Shown in pieces: positions 12,301-24,784 of a stretch of DNA of 64,000 bases; the first letter of the stretch is position 1, and each line of letters begins with the position of its first letter. The translations under genes and the position numbers were made by a program. The stretch covers positions 1-64,000 of the forward strand of contig QPMI01000249.1 of the NCBI GenBank assembly GCA_004431415.1, in the 5' to 3' direction. Source of the stretch: Cyanophora paradoxa CCMP329. Lineage: Eukaryota; Plantae; Glaucophyta. The notes under the pieces were generated by a model. It ran no database searches. It was given only the letters and a program-made list of their open reading frames with translations, and was not told where the DNA came from.

Positions 12301-13546
12301 CCTCCGGCATCGCCGCCGCCGCGGGGGCGCCCCCCGTGAGGAGCTCCAGCAACGGCCCAGGCACTCCCGCAGCTGCGCAGGCCGCCCGTGTACGTAAGCG
12401 CCGGCGCCGGCGGGGTGGAGCTCGAGCGGGGCGGGGCGGGGCGGGCGGGGCGGGGCGGGCGAGGCGGACTTCGAGGTCCGAGAGGGCGGCGAGCGCGGCC
12501 GGCGGTGCCGGCGCGGGTGCGGAGTCGCGGACGGAGGCGCCGGCGGCGCGCAGGGCGGAGACGCAGGGCGTGCGGGCGCCCGACGGCCCCATGAGGGTGA
12601 CGTCCAGGTCGAGCGCTTTCCCGGTCCGGCGCCCGTCTACCGCGCACGCCGCCCCTCCCGTCATTCCATGCTGCACGGGAGGTCCGCTGCAGCGTGAGGC
12701 GGGACGCGGCACGGCGACGAACAGCCCCGGGAGGAGGTCCCACCCGGTCTATCAGCGGGCCCAGCACGGCTGCCACGTCCCGCGCGAGGTGCCCGACCTG
12801 CAACTGGACTCAAAGCAAGCAACTGGACGCAAGCGTGAAGACGCGCGCGAGCTCGCGCGTCTCCTTTTTCTCCCGGGCCTGTGCTTTCGGTATGCGGCCT
12901 CCGCCTTGCCTAGCTTCGAATTACGTTTTCACCTGGACGCCTGCAGCGTTCAGTACAGCGATTGCGTTTGGATCGTGCTTGTTTGTCTGCGCGCGAAGTG
13001 AAGCCGTCGCCCGGCCGCGGCGGGGGTGCGCTGTGCGCGTGCTGTGCTCGTGCTCGAGCTCACCGGCTCCCTGACCAGCCGGCCGACCTCGCCCTGCGCG
13101 AGTCCGGCGCCGCCGGCATGGAACCTGCGCGAGAACGGCGCGAGCACAGCGCTGGAGGGTGCCCGAGCACGGGCGCACCTCATACCAACCATAGAGCATC
13201 GCATGATCCCAAAAAACTCGCTTGAGAGCGTACGGGGGCGCTTCGAGGGGCTGGAGACAGTGGAGAGCGCGTCCATCTGTGAGCTCTTTGAGTACCCCCC
13301 CCTTCCGATACACACCCCTGTTAGCAGGCCTGCGCCAGCAGCCGCCCAGCTAATCAGCTCTGACAGTCGAAGCTGTTTTCGTGGCGGTGGAGGCGACAGA
13401 AACGCCTGGAGCCCCTGCAAAAGCATCCCTGCGCTTCCAGCCGTTCTAGCTCCCAGAGAGTTGTCTGATTCAATAGCGTGAGCGCGGTCCGAAAGGGCCG
13501 TGCGACAGGTGCCACAATTCCAGATCGCAGCGGCGGCGGCTCCCAT
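9318..13546 (-). CDS. RAD5/HLTF-like HIRAN-SNF2-RING-helicase C protein with degenerate ATPase motifs
   Basis: HIRAN-like NKHDPNAIAVLNAAGVQ|VGHLARDVAAVLGPLID; LRRHQLQALHWM; GGILADEPGLG|KR; VLVDDAH; WLLTSTP; RING CAAC...PCGHPVC; GLDLTPVSTVLLLEP; RVHRAGQGRPVRLVRLVAE|GTVD. Start uncertain. Confidence 0.85.
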
Positions 13547-13636
13547 ACCACGCTCACAAGCCCAGCTGTAGTGCATGTTGTCTCTAGCAACCTAGACAAT
13601 GACAGTGCGAGCCCTGTCAGCTCCAGGCAGCGGGAG

Positions 13637-16600
13637 ATGACAGACACGGGCAAACCCTCCGAGATGACCGGCAGGGCGCGCTACGAGACCTCAAACGGGC
13701 AGCCCAGCGGTAGAGAGCACATGGTGGAACGTAGCGACTCTTCAACTCCTCGTCCGGGCAAGCCCGATGGCGGGGGGGCGTGGAGGGCCCGCTGGTCGGA
13801 GTGGCGCACCCGGTGGCACAGGGACTATGCCATAACCTTCTCGCCCCAAGTAGAAGGTACGGGTTCACCCAAAAGCTAGCGCGTGTGCGCCCGGTGACGC
13901 CCCCCCAGTGCAGTTTCAGACGTACTTTGCGGAGCTGCACTTCGCCCGCGGCAAGTTCTGCAGGTGCGGCCCTTCGCGGCATATTGCAACCGCCGCCGCG
14001 TCGAGCTCGCCGCCGGCAGCGTGCTGCTCTTCTTCCTGGTCTCCGCGGGGGCCATCTTCTGCACCTTCGGCCTGCCGCACCAGATGGCGTCGATCTACGC
14101 GACGGAGACGAACAGCGGGAAGGCGGACTGGCACGACCACACTTCGGGGCGGACGCCGGAGGCCCGCGAGTTCGCGTACATCGCCGCCTGGACGAGCGCC
14201 ATCGCCGTCTTCATCTTCGGCTTCCACCTCTTCGTGTACGCACCCGCCACCCGGGGCGCCCCACCCGCCCGAGCCGAGGGGCCCGCGCCGCGCAGCTACT
14301 TCACGAACGTGGTGCGGAAGGACTGGCAGATGTGGGAGATGATCTGCCTCCTCATCTTCGAGGGCTGGTGTACGCGCCCGGGCCCCGCAGGCCCCCCCGC
14401 TCGCGCCCCTTGACACCTCCCCGCCCCGCCCCGCAGGCTATGCATTCTTCTGGTTTGTAGCGCCGCCTGTCCTTCTCATAGAGCCGCCCCCTCCCACGCG
14501 GCACGGCGGCGTGTCGGCGCCGCCTGAGATGCCTGCTGAGGCGCGGTGGGGGGCGCAGCTACGTTTATGTGCTGCCGTCGACCTACGTGCTGCTCTACTC
14601 GCTCACGGGCTACCTCTCCAACATCTGGTTCCGCATCCGCTGGGAGCAGTCGGCCCTCGTCCGTGCGCGCCGCCCGCCGGCCGCCCACCCCGCGATGCCG
14701 CGGCGCCACGGGGCCGGGGCTGAGAGGAGGGGCGGGGGGCAGACGGGTGCGGGCTGGCGATCCTGCCGATCGGCTTCTCGTGGAACGGACACCTGCGGCA
14801 CCACGGCGAGTGGGGCGTCGCCCTCGTGGTCCATCCCCCCCCCTCCCGCGCCCCCGCCCCCGCCGACGCCGCGGACGCAGGTCGGCTTCATGGTCTACTT
14901 CTTGATCGTGGCGACGGCGTGGGAGTTCCAGCGTGCCGCCCGCATCGAGTTCCGCCGCATCCAGTGCGCGCGGGGGCGGGGGCGGGGGGCGCGTCGGGGC
15001 GCGCGGGGCGCGGGGCGAGCGCTTTGGCGCGCAGGCGGATGGAGGCGGAGACGCGGGCCTTCCTGGCGGCGAACGAGGAGCTGACGGCGCAGCTGGAGAG
15101 CAAGATCGCGGAGCCCGTCGACATGAGCTCGCCGCTGGACAACGCCCTCAAGTCCCTCAACAGCCTCCTCCAGCGCGCCCTCGCCGACCGCCGCGTCGAG
15201 GATGCCTCCGACATCGCTGCCGCCCTCCGGTCCGCCCCGCCGGCCCCGCGCCCCCCCCCTGCGACGCAGGCAGGCGACTGAGCTGCCTGGGCGGCGGCGG
15301 CAGGCATCTGATGTCGACGGCGAACCTGAACGCGCCGACGCAGCTCGCCGAGCAGGGCGACGAGGGGGACGGCTCCCCCTCCAACGCCGCCAACCGTCCG
15401 CCCCGCCGCCCCGCGCCCCGCCGCGCCGGGCCGGGCCGAGCGGGCGGGGCGGGGCGGGGCAGAGTACATCCCGAGCGAGACGGTGGCATTCCTCAAGGTC
15501 ATGACGATGGACCCGCTGCGGCGGCGGGACGCCCGCGGCGAGCAGGCCGGCGAGGCGCACCCCGCGCAGCCGCCCCCGCGCTCCGGCCGCGAGTCGGCCG
15601 AGCTCAAGCGCTCGGCCTCGATGCGGAGCCCGGCGCTGGGGGGGCGGCTGGAGCTGGGGGGCGGGGAGAGGGGGGAGCTGGGGGAGCTGTGGGCGGCGGC
15701 GGACGGCTGGCTCGAGTTCGACATCTTCCGGCTGGACGAGCTGACGCAGGGGCGGCCCCTCGCCACCCTCGGCTTCGCCCTCTTCCGCAAGCACAACCTG
15801 CTCGAGGCCTTCGGCATCCGCCCCGCCGCCCTCGCCGCCTTCCTCGACCTCGCCGAGGCCGGCTACGTCGAGACCCCCTGTCCGCCCCGCCCCGCCCCGC
15901 CCCGGGGGCCGCCCCGCCGGCGAGGCTCACGGGGGCGGGCGGGGCAGACCACTGCCGGGTGCACGCGGCGGACGTGCTGCAGGGCGTCAACTACCTCCTC
16001 ACGGGGGGCGGCCTCGGCGCCCTCATGCGGCCCCTCGACGTCTTCGGTGCCCCCTTCCCTCCCCTCCTCGCGCCCCCTCCTGACGCCGGCGCCCGCTGCG
16101 CAGCGGCGCTCGTCGCCGCCATCGTGCACGACCTGGAGCACCCCGGGCGCAACAACGGCGCGCGCCGCCCTCGCTCGCACCCGCGGGGGCGCTCTGAGGG
16201 GGCGGGGCGGCGGCGCAGGCTTCGAGATCGCGACGAGCAGCGAGCGGGCGCTGCTGTACAACGACCGGTCGGTGCTGGAGAACTACTCCGCCTCGCGCAC
16301 CTTCGCCCTGCTCCGCGAGGAGGAGCTCGACATCCTCGCCGGCCTCTCGCGGGCGCAGCGCGCCGAGTTCCGCAAGTCCGTCATCTCCATGCTCCTCGCC
16401 ACCGACCTCGCCGCCCACTTCGACACCCTCGGCACCTTCAAGAGCAAGCTCGTCGCCCACGCCGCCGTCGCCGCCGCCGCCGCCGGCGCCGCCGCCGGCG
16501 GGGGCGGCTCCGGGGGCCACGGGAGCAGCCCGAACACCTCCCAGAAGCACGTCCACGCGGCCGGCGGCACGGGCCCGGCGGCGCCCGCAGCGACGCCGCC

Positions 16601-18367
16601 TCCATCGCGAGGACGGCCGCCGAGGTGGCGGAGCGGCTGGGCGGGGCCGGCGAGCGGCCGCCGGGCAGCGGGCCGGTGCCGGTGCGGCGGGCGAGCCTGG
16701 CGCCGGCCGACGCCACCTCGGCGCACTCGTCGGTGCGGCGGCTGAGCAGCCACAGCGGCGAGCGCATCGCCGCCGCCGCCGCCGCCGCCGCCGCCGGGGA
16801 GACGCCGGACACGCTGAGCCCCGAGGAGCGCCAGCTCTTCCTCAACATGGCCATCAAGGCCCGCCCGGCCCCCTCTCGCCCTCTCGCCCCGGGAGGCCCT
16901 GACGCGCCGGCGCCGCCAGGTGGCGGACATCGCGAACGCGGCCCGGCCGCCGCGGCTGCACGCGGCGTGGGTGGAGCGGGTGATGGCCGAGTTCTTCGAG
17001 CAGGGGGACGAGGAGAAGCGCCTCGGGCTGCCCCTCTCCCCCTACTGCGACCGCGACACCACCGTCATCTCCAAGTGCCAGGCCGGATTCATCGGTGCGC
17101 TCCCCGCCCCGCCCCCCTCTCCCCCTCCCCCTCTTCCCTTCCTCACGCTTCGCCGCGCCGCGGGGCAGACTTCCTCGCGTCGCCGCTCTTCACGGCGTGG
17201 GCGCAGCGCTTCCCCAAGTGCCAGCTCCTCGTCCAGCTCACCGACGCCAACCGCAAGCAGTGCGCCCCCCGCCCCCGCCTCGCGCTGAGGTCGGCGACCC
17301 CTCTAACGAGCCCGCCCCGCAGCTGGCTCGCCGTGGCGGAGCAGGCGGCGGCGCCGGCGCCGGCGCCGGCGGCGACGCCCGGGGCGGGCGTCTCGTTAAA
17401 AGTGCCCCCGTCGCCCAAGTCGCTGGGCAGCGGCCTCGGGGGCACGAACGGCGCGGGGGGCGGGGGCGGCGCCGCCCCGGCGAGCGCGCCGACCGGGGCG
17501 TGGTGGCGAGCGTTGGGTCCCTGGGGGCGAGCAAGTCGGTGCGGATGGGGCCTCGCGCGACCGCCCGCTGGCGGCGCTGCCCGGGCCTCGGCCGTGATGC
17601 GGCGCACGAGCTCGTCGGGGGCCGGCCTCACGCGGCCCCGGAGCAGCCTCGCGAGCGTCGCCAGCAGCCGCTCGGGGAGGGCAACTCGGCGCGCGGGGCC
17701 CGGGGCGAGGAGGGGGAGAGCGAGGAGGCCGGCGAGGCCGACGCTCCCGCGGCATCTCCGGCGTCATCCGCACCGCCGGCGCCGGCGCCGGCGGCGCCGG
17801 CGGCGGCAACTCGGGGGCGCCTCCCCGGGGGCACCCGGCGGCCCTCCATCCCGAGCGGCCCGCTGCTGCCGGGCATCCCGCGCGGCGGGCCGCGGGGCCC
17901 CCCGCCTCCCACTCGAGCCTCGCCTCGGAGGCGCGCCCGCCGGGGGTCATCGACAGCCCGCGCCGCGCCAAGCGCGCCTCCTCGGGCTCGCCGGCCCCGC
18001 TGGGGCGCGAGGCCGGCAGCAGCGGCGAGGCGCCCCCGGGGGCCTCCACTCCGTGCGGGGGGCGCAGGCCCCGGAGGGCCTCGCCCCGCCCGGGAGGCCC
18101 CCGAGAGCGGCGCCGGCCCCGCGCGCCCCGCGGGGCTCGGGCGGACGGGCCACTCGCCGCGGGCGCCCACGAGCCTCGTGGTGATCGACCCCTCCAACTT
18201 CCAGGTCGACATCGACAAGGTGCCCCCCGCCCCGCCCCCCGCCCCGCCCCTGCGTCCCCAACCGCCGGCCCCCGCAGCTGGTCATGCGACCGGTGCCGGC
18301 GCCGAGCTCGCCCGACCCGCCGTCGGCCGCGCTCGCCGACACGGGCGGCAACGTCCACCTAGTCTGA
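13637..18367 (+). CDS. Class I cyclic nucleotide phosphodiesterase with N-terminal multi-pass membrane anchor
   Basis: PYHCRVHAADV, IVHDLEHPGRNN, LYNDRSVLEN, LATDL, AIK|VADIAN, EFFEQGDEEK and KCQAGFI|DF; about 6 hydrophobic segments at 14.0-14.9 kb. Confidence 0.92.
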
Positions 18368-18614
18368 GAGCTGAGGGCCACCCTTCGCTTCTCATGCTAG
18401 AATTCTAGGGTTTTATGCGTTATGTATTGTTTTTCGTTCCGGTCCTGTACGTAGTTCGCGCAGGAATCATTGCCGTCATTTAAGATCCGAGTGCTGACGA
18501 GCACGAGGTCGCTTGCTGCGCGGAGTCTGGGCGCTGGTTTGAGCGGCTGAGAGCTGAAGAACGAGAGAAAGCGGCGAGAACAAGGGGAAATCAAAGCTAA
18601 AGTGGGGTGTGGGC

Positions 18615-19406
18615 TCAAAGAGCCTGGTAGGGGGCGCTGGAGGCGGCGAACGGCTGCCGCGAGAAGGGGTTGTTGACGTTGGGGAGCTGGCCCGCGATCC
18701 CCAGCCCGCCCACGAAGGAGAAACCCCCTGCGCGGCCCGCGGCCCGCCGCCTCGCATCGAACCCCGGGTGCGAGAGGGGGGCGGGGCGGGGCGGACCGGC
18801 GTCGGGGAGCTCCTGGTTGAACCTGTGGATGAAGGGGACGCTCACGAACTTGAGGATCTGCCGGCGGCGGGGGGCGGGCGGGCGGCGCGTCAACAGGGAG
18901 GGCCGGGGGAGGCGGGGGTGGGTGGAGGGAGGGGCCCGCCCCCCGCTCACCATGTTGACCACTGCGGAGAAGAACCTGGCGGGGGCGGCGTCGGCCCGGG
19001 GCGGGCTGGGGCGGGCGGGCGGGCGGGGCGGGCCGCACGCGAGCTTCTGGGTGAAGCCGTCCGTGGAGGGGCTCACGAAGCACCACCAGAGGTCCAGGAT
19101 GACGCTGAAGACGAGGAAGGGGAAATAGAAAGACAGGACCTCCTTCTTGCGCTGCGCGGGGGCGCCGGCGTCGGCGCGGCGGTGGGGCGGCCCGCGGGGA
19201 GCGCACAAGCAGGACGCCGAACAGTCCGAAGAGGGCGAGCGCGACAGAAGCGTCGGGCCGCCACATGCTCGCTATCAAGCCTGCAGGGGGAGTGAGGCGC
19301 GGGCCTCGTGTGGGTCGCGCGCCTGGGCCGCGCGCGGACCGAGCATGGCCTGAGCCGTGGTGATACGCGTGCAGTTGAGCGAGAGGCCGTCCAGCGACGA
19401 GTCCAT
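18615..19406 (-). CDS. Small multi-pass membrane protein, AGTRAP-like
   Basis: Spliced product ...ALFGLFGVL...FLVFSVILDLWW...FFSAVVNM|ILKFVSVPFIHRFNQEL...GG...YQAL; the pattern resembles the AGTRAP family from memory. Confidence 0.55.
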
Positions 19407-19936
19407 CGCAAATGCCGGCAGGCTGACGCCCGAAATCCCAATTCGCGCGCCGCCCGCGTTCCCGAAGGAAGTTGGTGTCTCCTCGCCTGTGCATTCGAAC
19501 GCGGCGTGCTCGCATCAGGTTGCCGCGAACTGGCGCATCAGGTTGCCGCGCTCTGGGAACTGGTCTAGCGCCACGCTCTCCGGTCGTCCCGGCTAGGCCG
19601 TCCTCGCCGCGAACGCAGCTGTGAATAGGACTCTCGGCCTCTTAAGGCAAGCGGTCGGACGTCGCCGAAGGCGCGCGGCCGGTTGCTCAAAAAGCGCGGA
19701 AGCGGTTACTCCTCGAGAAGCGGGCGCGGGTTGGTTGCGCACGCTCTAATTCCAGCCGTCCGGTCGACGCCTGCCCGCCCTGCGACATCCACGCGCCGCC
19801 AGTCGAGGTGCCTGTATCCCCCCAACTTGACCGCGTCAGACCGCCGCTCGGCCCAGCGGCACGAGAGCACAACTTGGCCGTGTCGTTCTTCGATCAAATC
19901 GACCGCTGAGCGACCAGCGAACGCCAGTCAGTTACA

Positions 19937-22900
19937 ATGCAGCCTGGCGGTGCAGGCGTCGCCTACGGCGGCGGTGCTTACGGGGTGCGTTCGCTTTTTA
20001 TTATGGGGCCTTGGTCGTTGTATCGCGCGAGCCTTCGGTGGGCTGACCGCTGGCAGCAGCAGCCGGATTACGGCCAGTCCTACCAGGGTGGCGGGTATGT
20101 GCACGACTCCCCGATAGCCGGAGTTCCGTCGGGGCCCTACGGCGCCGCTGTGCCCGGGATCCCCGCCCAAAACTTCGGGCAGGTTCGACGCGCTAGAGCT
20201 CGTCCGCTCGGAGCCTCGGCCGCCCCGGCGCCTCGCTCACCGGCGCTGTGCTACGCGCAGGGCATTTACGCCCAGCAGTACGGAGCCGGCGGCCCCGGGC
20301 TGCCCCCCGCGCCCTCCTACGGGCCCGGCACGCCAGCGAGCAGCGCCCACTCGCTGGGCCCCGCCGCGCCGCCCTCGCCGTACTACGCGCAGCCGGCGGC
20401 GGCGACGCCGGCGATCGCTGTGGGCGTGCCGGCGGACCCCGACGTGAAGCTGCAGCGGGACCCGCGGGAGCGCTTCCGCCCCGCCGGCGCCTACAACGAC
20501 GTCTTCTGGGTGCGACAGCGCCCCCCGGGGCGTCCCCTCTGAGGCCGCTGACTCCGCCGCAGACGTTCGCGTTCCTCGCCTGCCAGGTCGTCACCGTCGG
20601 CCTCGCCATCGTGCGCCCCGCCCGCCCCGCCCCAACACCGCCCCGCCCCGCCGCGAGACGGGCCGCCCCGCCGACGGCCGGAGGCAGGGGTACGGGCGGG
20701 AGATCTCGTTCGGGGGCATCAAGATGCCAGGCTCGGACTCGGACGGGGCGACGGCGCGGGGCTGGGTCGTCGGCATCGTCGTCGCCCTCGCATCGGCCGT
20801 CCTCTTCACCTACATCGCCTTCCAGCTCATCAAGCGCTTCCCGTGCGCGCTGCCGGCCCCCGCCCGGCGTCCGCCCCTCCCACCTCCTCGGAGCATTGAG
20901 GCGTCCCGCCCAGGCTCCACTTCGTGAAGGCCGGCCTCTGGTCCGCCTCTGCCTCTCGGGTCCCACGCGCTTGGGCGTCACGTCTCTGATCTCGAATTCA
21001 GGTTCAGCGTCTGCCTCGTCGGCGTCTGCATGATCGTCGCCTTCTGCCTCGGGTGCGCCCGCACCCCGCCCTGCGCTAACGAGCCTGTAGAAGACCTAGC
21101 CGCCCCCTCTCCGCCTCGTGCGAGTCGCGCGCCGCGCTGCGGGGCCCGCGCCGAGGCCGGCGCAGGCAGACAGCGCTCGGCATCGGATTCGCCATCGTGC
21201 GACTCACCCCCCCCCCCCCCCCCCCCCCTAGGCGGAAGCCCCGCAGCCCTGACCCCTCGTTCTCTGCACCGGTCGGCAGGCCTTCGCCTTCCAGCTCGTG
21301 CGCCCCCTCCCCCCGCCCCTCCCTGCCCCTCCCTGCCCCTCCCCGCCCCCCTGAACCCTGCTCCTCCACGCCGAACGGCAGGTCTACATCTGGATCGCCC
21401 AGTCGAGGATCGCATTTGCCGCGGCGAATCTGCAGGTCCGTCCTCGAGCTCATTCATCCAGCTATCCTGCCCCCGGGCCCCGGGAGCGCCAACCTAGGCC
21501 TGCAGGTCGTTGCCGAGTTCCTGCACGACCCCCGGTTCGAATCCGGGCGGGCCTCTTTTCTTTCTCCCGGGACTCACCGTACCCCCCGCGGCGGCAGCTT
21601 CAACGCGATGCACCTGGTGACCGCCGCCGTCGTCCTCGTACAGGCCGCCTACTTCGCCTTCTGGTCCGCCCGTACCCCGCCTCCTCCCTCCCCCCTTTCG
21701 TTTACGTCCCCCCCCCCCCCCCCGCCCCGCCCCGCAGGGCGTTCACGCTGTACGCGGTGACGTACGCGCACGGGGGCACGGGGTACGGGAGCCTGTGGGC
21801 GGTCTTCCTCACCTTTGACCTCTACTGGTCCCTCCAGGTCATCGCCAACGTCCTCCACGGTGCACCCCCCCCGCGCCCCTCCTCCGCCCCTCGCCCCGCA
21901 TCCGAGCCGCCGCCCGGCTCGCCTTCCTGCGCAGTCACCGTGAGCGGGGTCTTCGCGACGGTGAGCGGCGTGCGCGCTGCGGGGCGCTGCGCTGGTGACC
22001 CGCGGGGCGCGGCGGCAGTGGTACTTCTTCCCGGACAGCTCCTTCCCGCCGAACCCGACGGCGGCGGCCTTCAAGCGCACCATGGGCCCCGCCTTCGGCT
22101 CCGTCTGCCTCGGCTCCCTCATCGTCGCCGTCATCCAGACGCTCCGCGCCCTCGCCCGCAAGAACGCCGACGACCGCGAGGAGTCCATCGGGGCCGCCAT
22201 CTGCCGGTGCCCCGCGCCGCCCCTCCGCCCCCGCCCCCGCGGCAGCTGCGGGGCGAGCCTCCCCGCGCAGGTGCATCGTGCAGTGCATCCTCTCCATCCT
22301 CGAGTCCCTCTTCCGCTGTCCGCCCCGCCCCCGCCCCGCAGCCCCGCAGCCCCCCCCCCCCCCCCCCCCCCCCTCCTCACGCGGCGGCAGACGTGAACAA
22401 GTACGCGTACGCGCGCATCGCCATCTACGGGATCCCCTACTGGCAGGTCCGTCCCCGATCCCCGGCTCCCGCCCTCGCTCACCGGGCGGCGCAGGCCGCC
22501 AAGGAGACCTACCACCTCCTCATGACCTCCGCCTTCGTCCGCCCCCTCCCCGCCCCAGCCCCGCCCCCGCCCCGCCGGCGCACCTTTTGACCCCGCCCGC
22601 CCGCCGCCCGCCTGCAGGAGATGCTCGTGAACGTGCGCTGCGCGCCCCGCCCCGCCCTCCCCTGCCTCTCACACCCCGCCCCGGCCCCGCCGCCCCTCCT
22701 TCCCCATCCAGGACGACATGATCGGGTGCGTTCGGCCGTCCTCTCTCTCCCCTGCCCCCTCCCCTCCTGCCCCGGCGCCAGACCGACGGGGCCGGCGGGG
22801 CGCGCGCAGCGGGGTCTGCTTCCTGACGGCCTTCATCGTCGGTGCGCCCCCGCCCCCCGGAGACGGGCCCGTTGAAGATAGAGCCTCATGTTACCAGCTA

Positions 22901-23348
22901 GAGCTGTCGCTGGTTTAGCTTATTCACCTATCTCGGCGAACAGGTGCTCTCACCTTCTTCATCGGCGGATTCTCCGGCTGGGTGCGCCCTCCCGGGGCGC
23001 CGCGCCGGCGCTCCCGGGGCGGGGGCCTCAAGAGTCGTCGGGGGAGCAGGCGACGGCGACGGGGACGAGCTTCGGGGCGGTGGGGGCGCTGGCCTTCGTG
23101 GTGGGCCTCCTGGTGTGCTTCACGGCCTTCCGCCTCGTGGAGTCCTGCGTCGCCACCCTCTTCGTCGCCTTCGGTGGCCCCGCCCCGCACCCTCGCCCCC
23201 CCGCCCCCTTCCTCTCAACCCCCCCGCAGCCGAGGCGCCCCAGGCGCTCGCCTTCTCGCGCCCGCAGGTCTACGCCGTGCTCCAGAGCGCCTGGTGCGGC
23301 CGCTACGCCGGCATGCAGCAGTTCTTCGGGCCCTCCCACTACGCCTGA
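19937..23348 (+). CDS. Choline transporter-like (CTL/SLC44/PNS1) protein
   Basis: Gly/Tyr/Gln/Pro-rich N-terminus, ERFRP...YNDVFW, WSLQVIANVLH, AFGSVCLGSLIVAVIQTLR, Y|VNKYAYARIAIYGIPYWQ|AAKETY and VESCVATLFVAF. Confidence 0.92.
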
Positions 23349-24784
23349 GCCGCGCGAGCTCCAGCCCCCGCGCCCCCGCGCCTCCTCTTTCGGTAACCTC
23401 AGTGAAACCGCTTGCAATTGTAGTGCATTATCCGCTTGCGATCGGGCGGTCGTCTTCGTTGCGTGCAATACTAGTATCCAATGTTCGCCGCACACAATGC
23501 AATCAATGCAATTCAAGCTGCCCTGCATGCATACTCTTCAAGGCTTGAGCTCCGAATTCGGAGTCGAATCCCGGGTTCCCCGCGGCAGCCTGGCAGGCTG
23601 CGCATGCAGCTGCATGCGCAGCTGCCTGCCAGCCTGGCAGGCTGCCGCGAGGCATCGGTATCGGGCGTGGGCCTCGCTATCCCTCGTATCTGATGCCAAG
23701 ATAATCCGAATTTCGAAATTCCTGATCGCCAAGGCAGAGTTGCAATTGCAATTTGCAAGTTAGATCGTACACTGTGACATATGCATGTTCAGTTAAACTC
23801 GGAACTTGATTAATGATGAGTGATGTGGACCATGATTCGAATTCAATGATTTCTTTCAAGTTCAGCCCGGCGGTCTCGAAGCCCCCGGTTGCCGTCACGG
23901 CGTACCGCGCGCCGGACGCCCCGGAATACCAGTACCGGTACCGTGCCATGGCCACTGTGTGCCCGGCCAGGCGGCCTTCGATTGCAAGGGCTCAAGCTAT
24001 CAAGCCAGGAGTCAGAGCCCTACTAGGCTAGGCCTGGATCCGGACCCGGTGACCGTCGGACCGTCGCACTTCGGGACGCCATGATCATGATCATCATGGC
24101 ATGACCGATTCCGGAGTCAAGGCTGGCCGATTAATATTATCATTACTAAGTTAGCAAGAGCTCCTATCTAAATGATAGATACAAATCGATATCATAACAC
24201 GCACAACTGATCTGCGAGACTCTGAGAACGGAATAAGATAACGATATTGATTCTGCTCATGATCAGGCCCCGGGACCCTAGAGGCGCATCGGGCATCCAA
24301 ATCTGACCGGGACCGACACTAAGAGGCTCTCAGAAGTACGGATGTCGAGAAAGCGAGACTGATTCTGTGTTCCTACTGCATCTGTTTCTCAGTCTCTGGA
24401 ATGAATGAACAAATAGAAATGCTGTATAAAAAAGCTGACTCTGGATGCAGCAAAATGAACATGTAGGGGCACTACTTTAATTGTTATGTACAAATTTGTG
24501 GCAAAAAGAGGCATCATCGAAAGGGCGGGGTGCTCCCAGCCTGGAGAGCGGCGGGTCGAACTTCTAGCTACCAAGAAAAACGAGAGAAGCTAGGTCAAAA
24601 CTGTTACACTTGACTCGACGCACTCCAAACTATTGACAGTAAAGATTCGAAATTCGGCTCGCGGCGCGACTAGCGCTGCAAGCCCGGGGCGGGCCCGTGA
24701 AACTACGATCACATCGCTGGTGAAACGGATCCGTAAATCATATGGAGGGATTAAAGGCGTCCCGAGTGGACGTCAACCAGACAC

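Noticed and set aside
1-18367. CNBD channel and PDE as a cyclic-nucleotide gene cluster
   Set aside because: Separated by three unrelated genes, and both families are often large in flagellates, so chance is likely.
21207-22373. Long poly-C tracts (also poly-G at about 57729)
   Set aside because: Intronic homopolymers in line with the general intron composition; their lengths are unreliable.
23677-24600. Short ORFs and an AT-richer stretch between genes
   Set aside because: No recognisable domain, terminal repeats or TSD.
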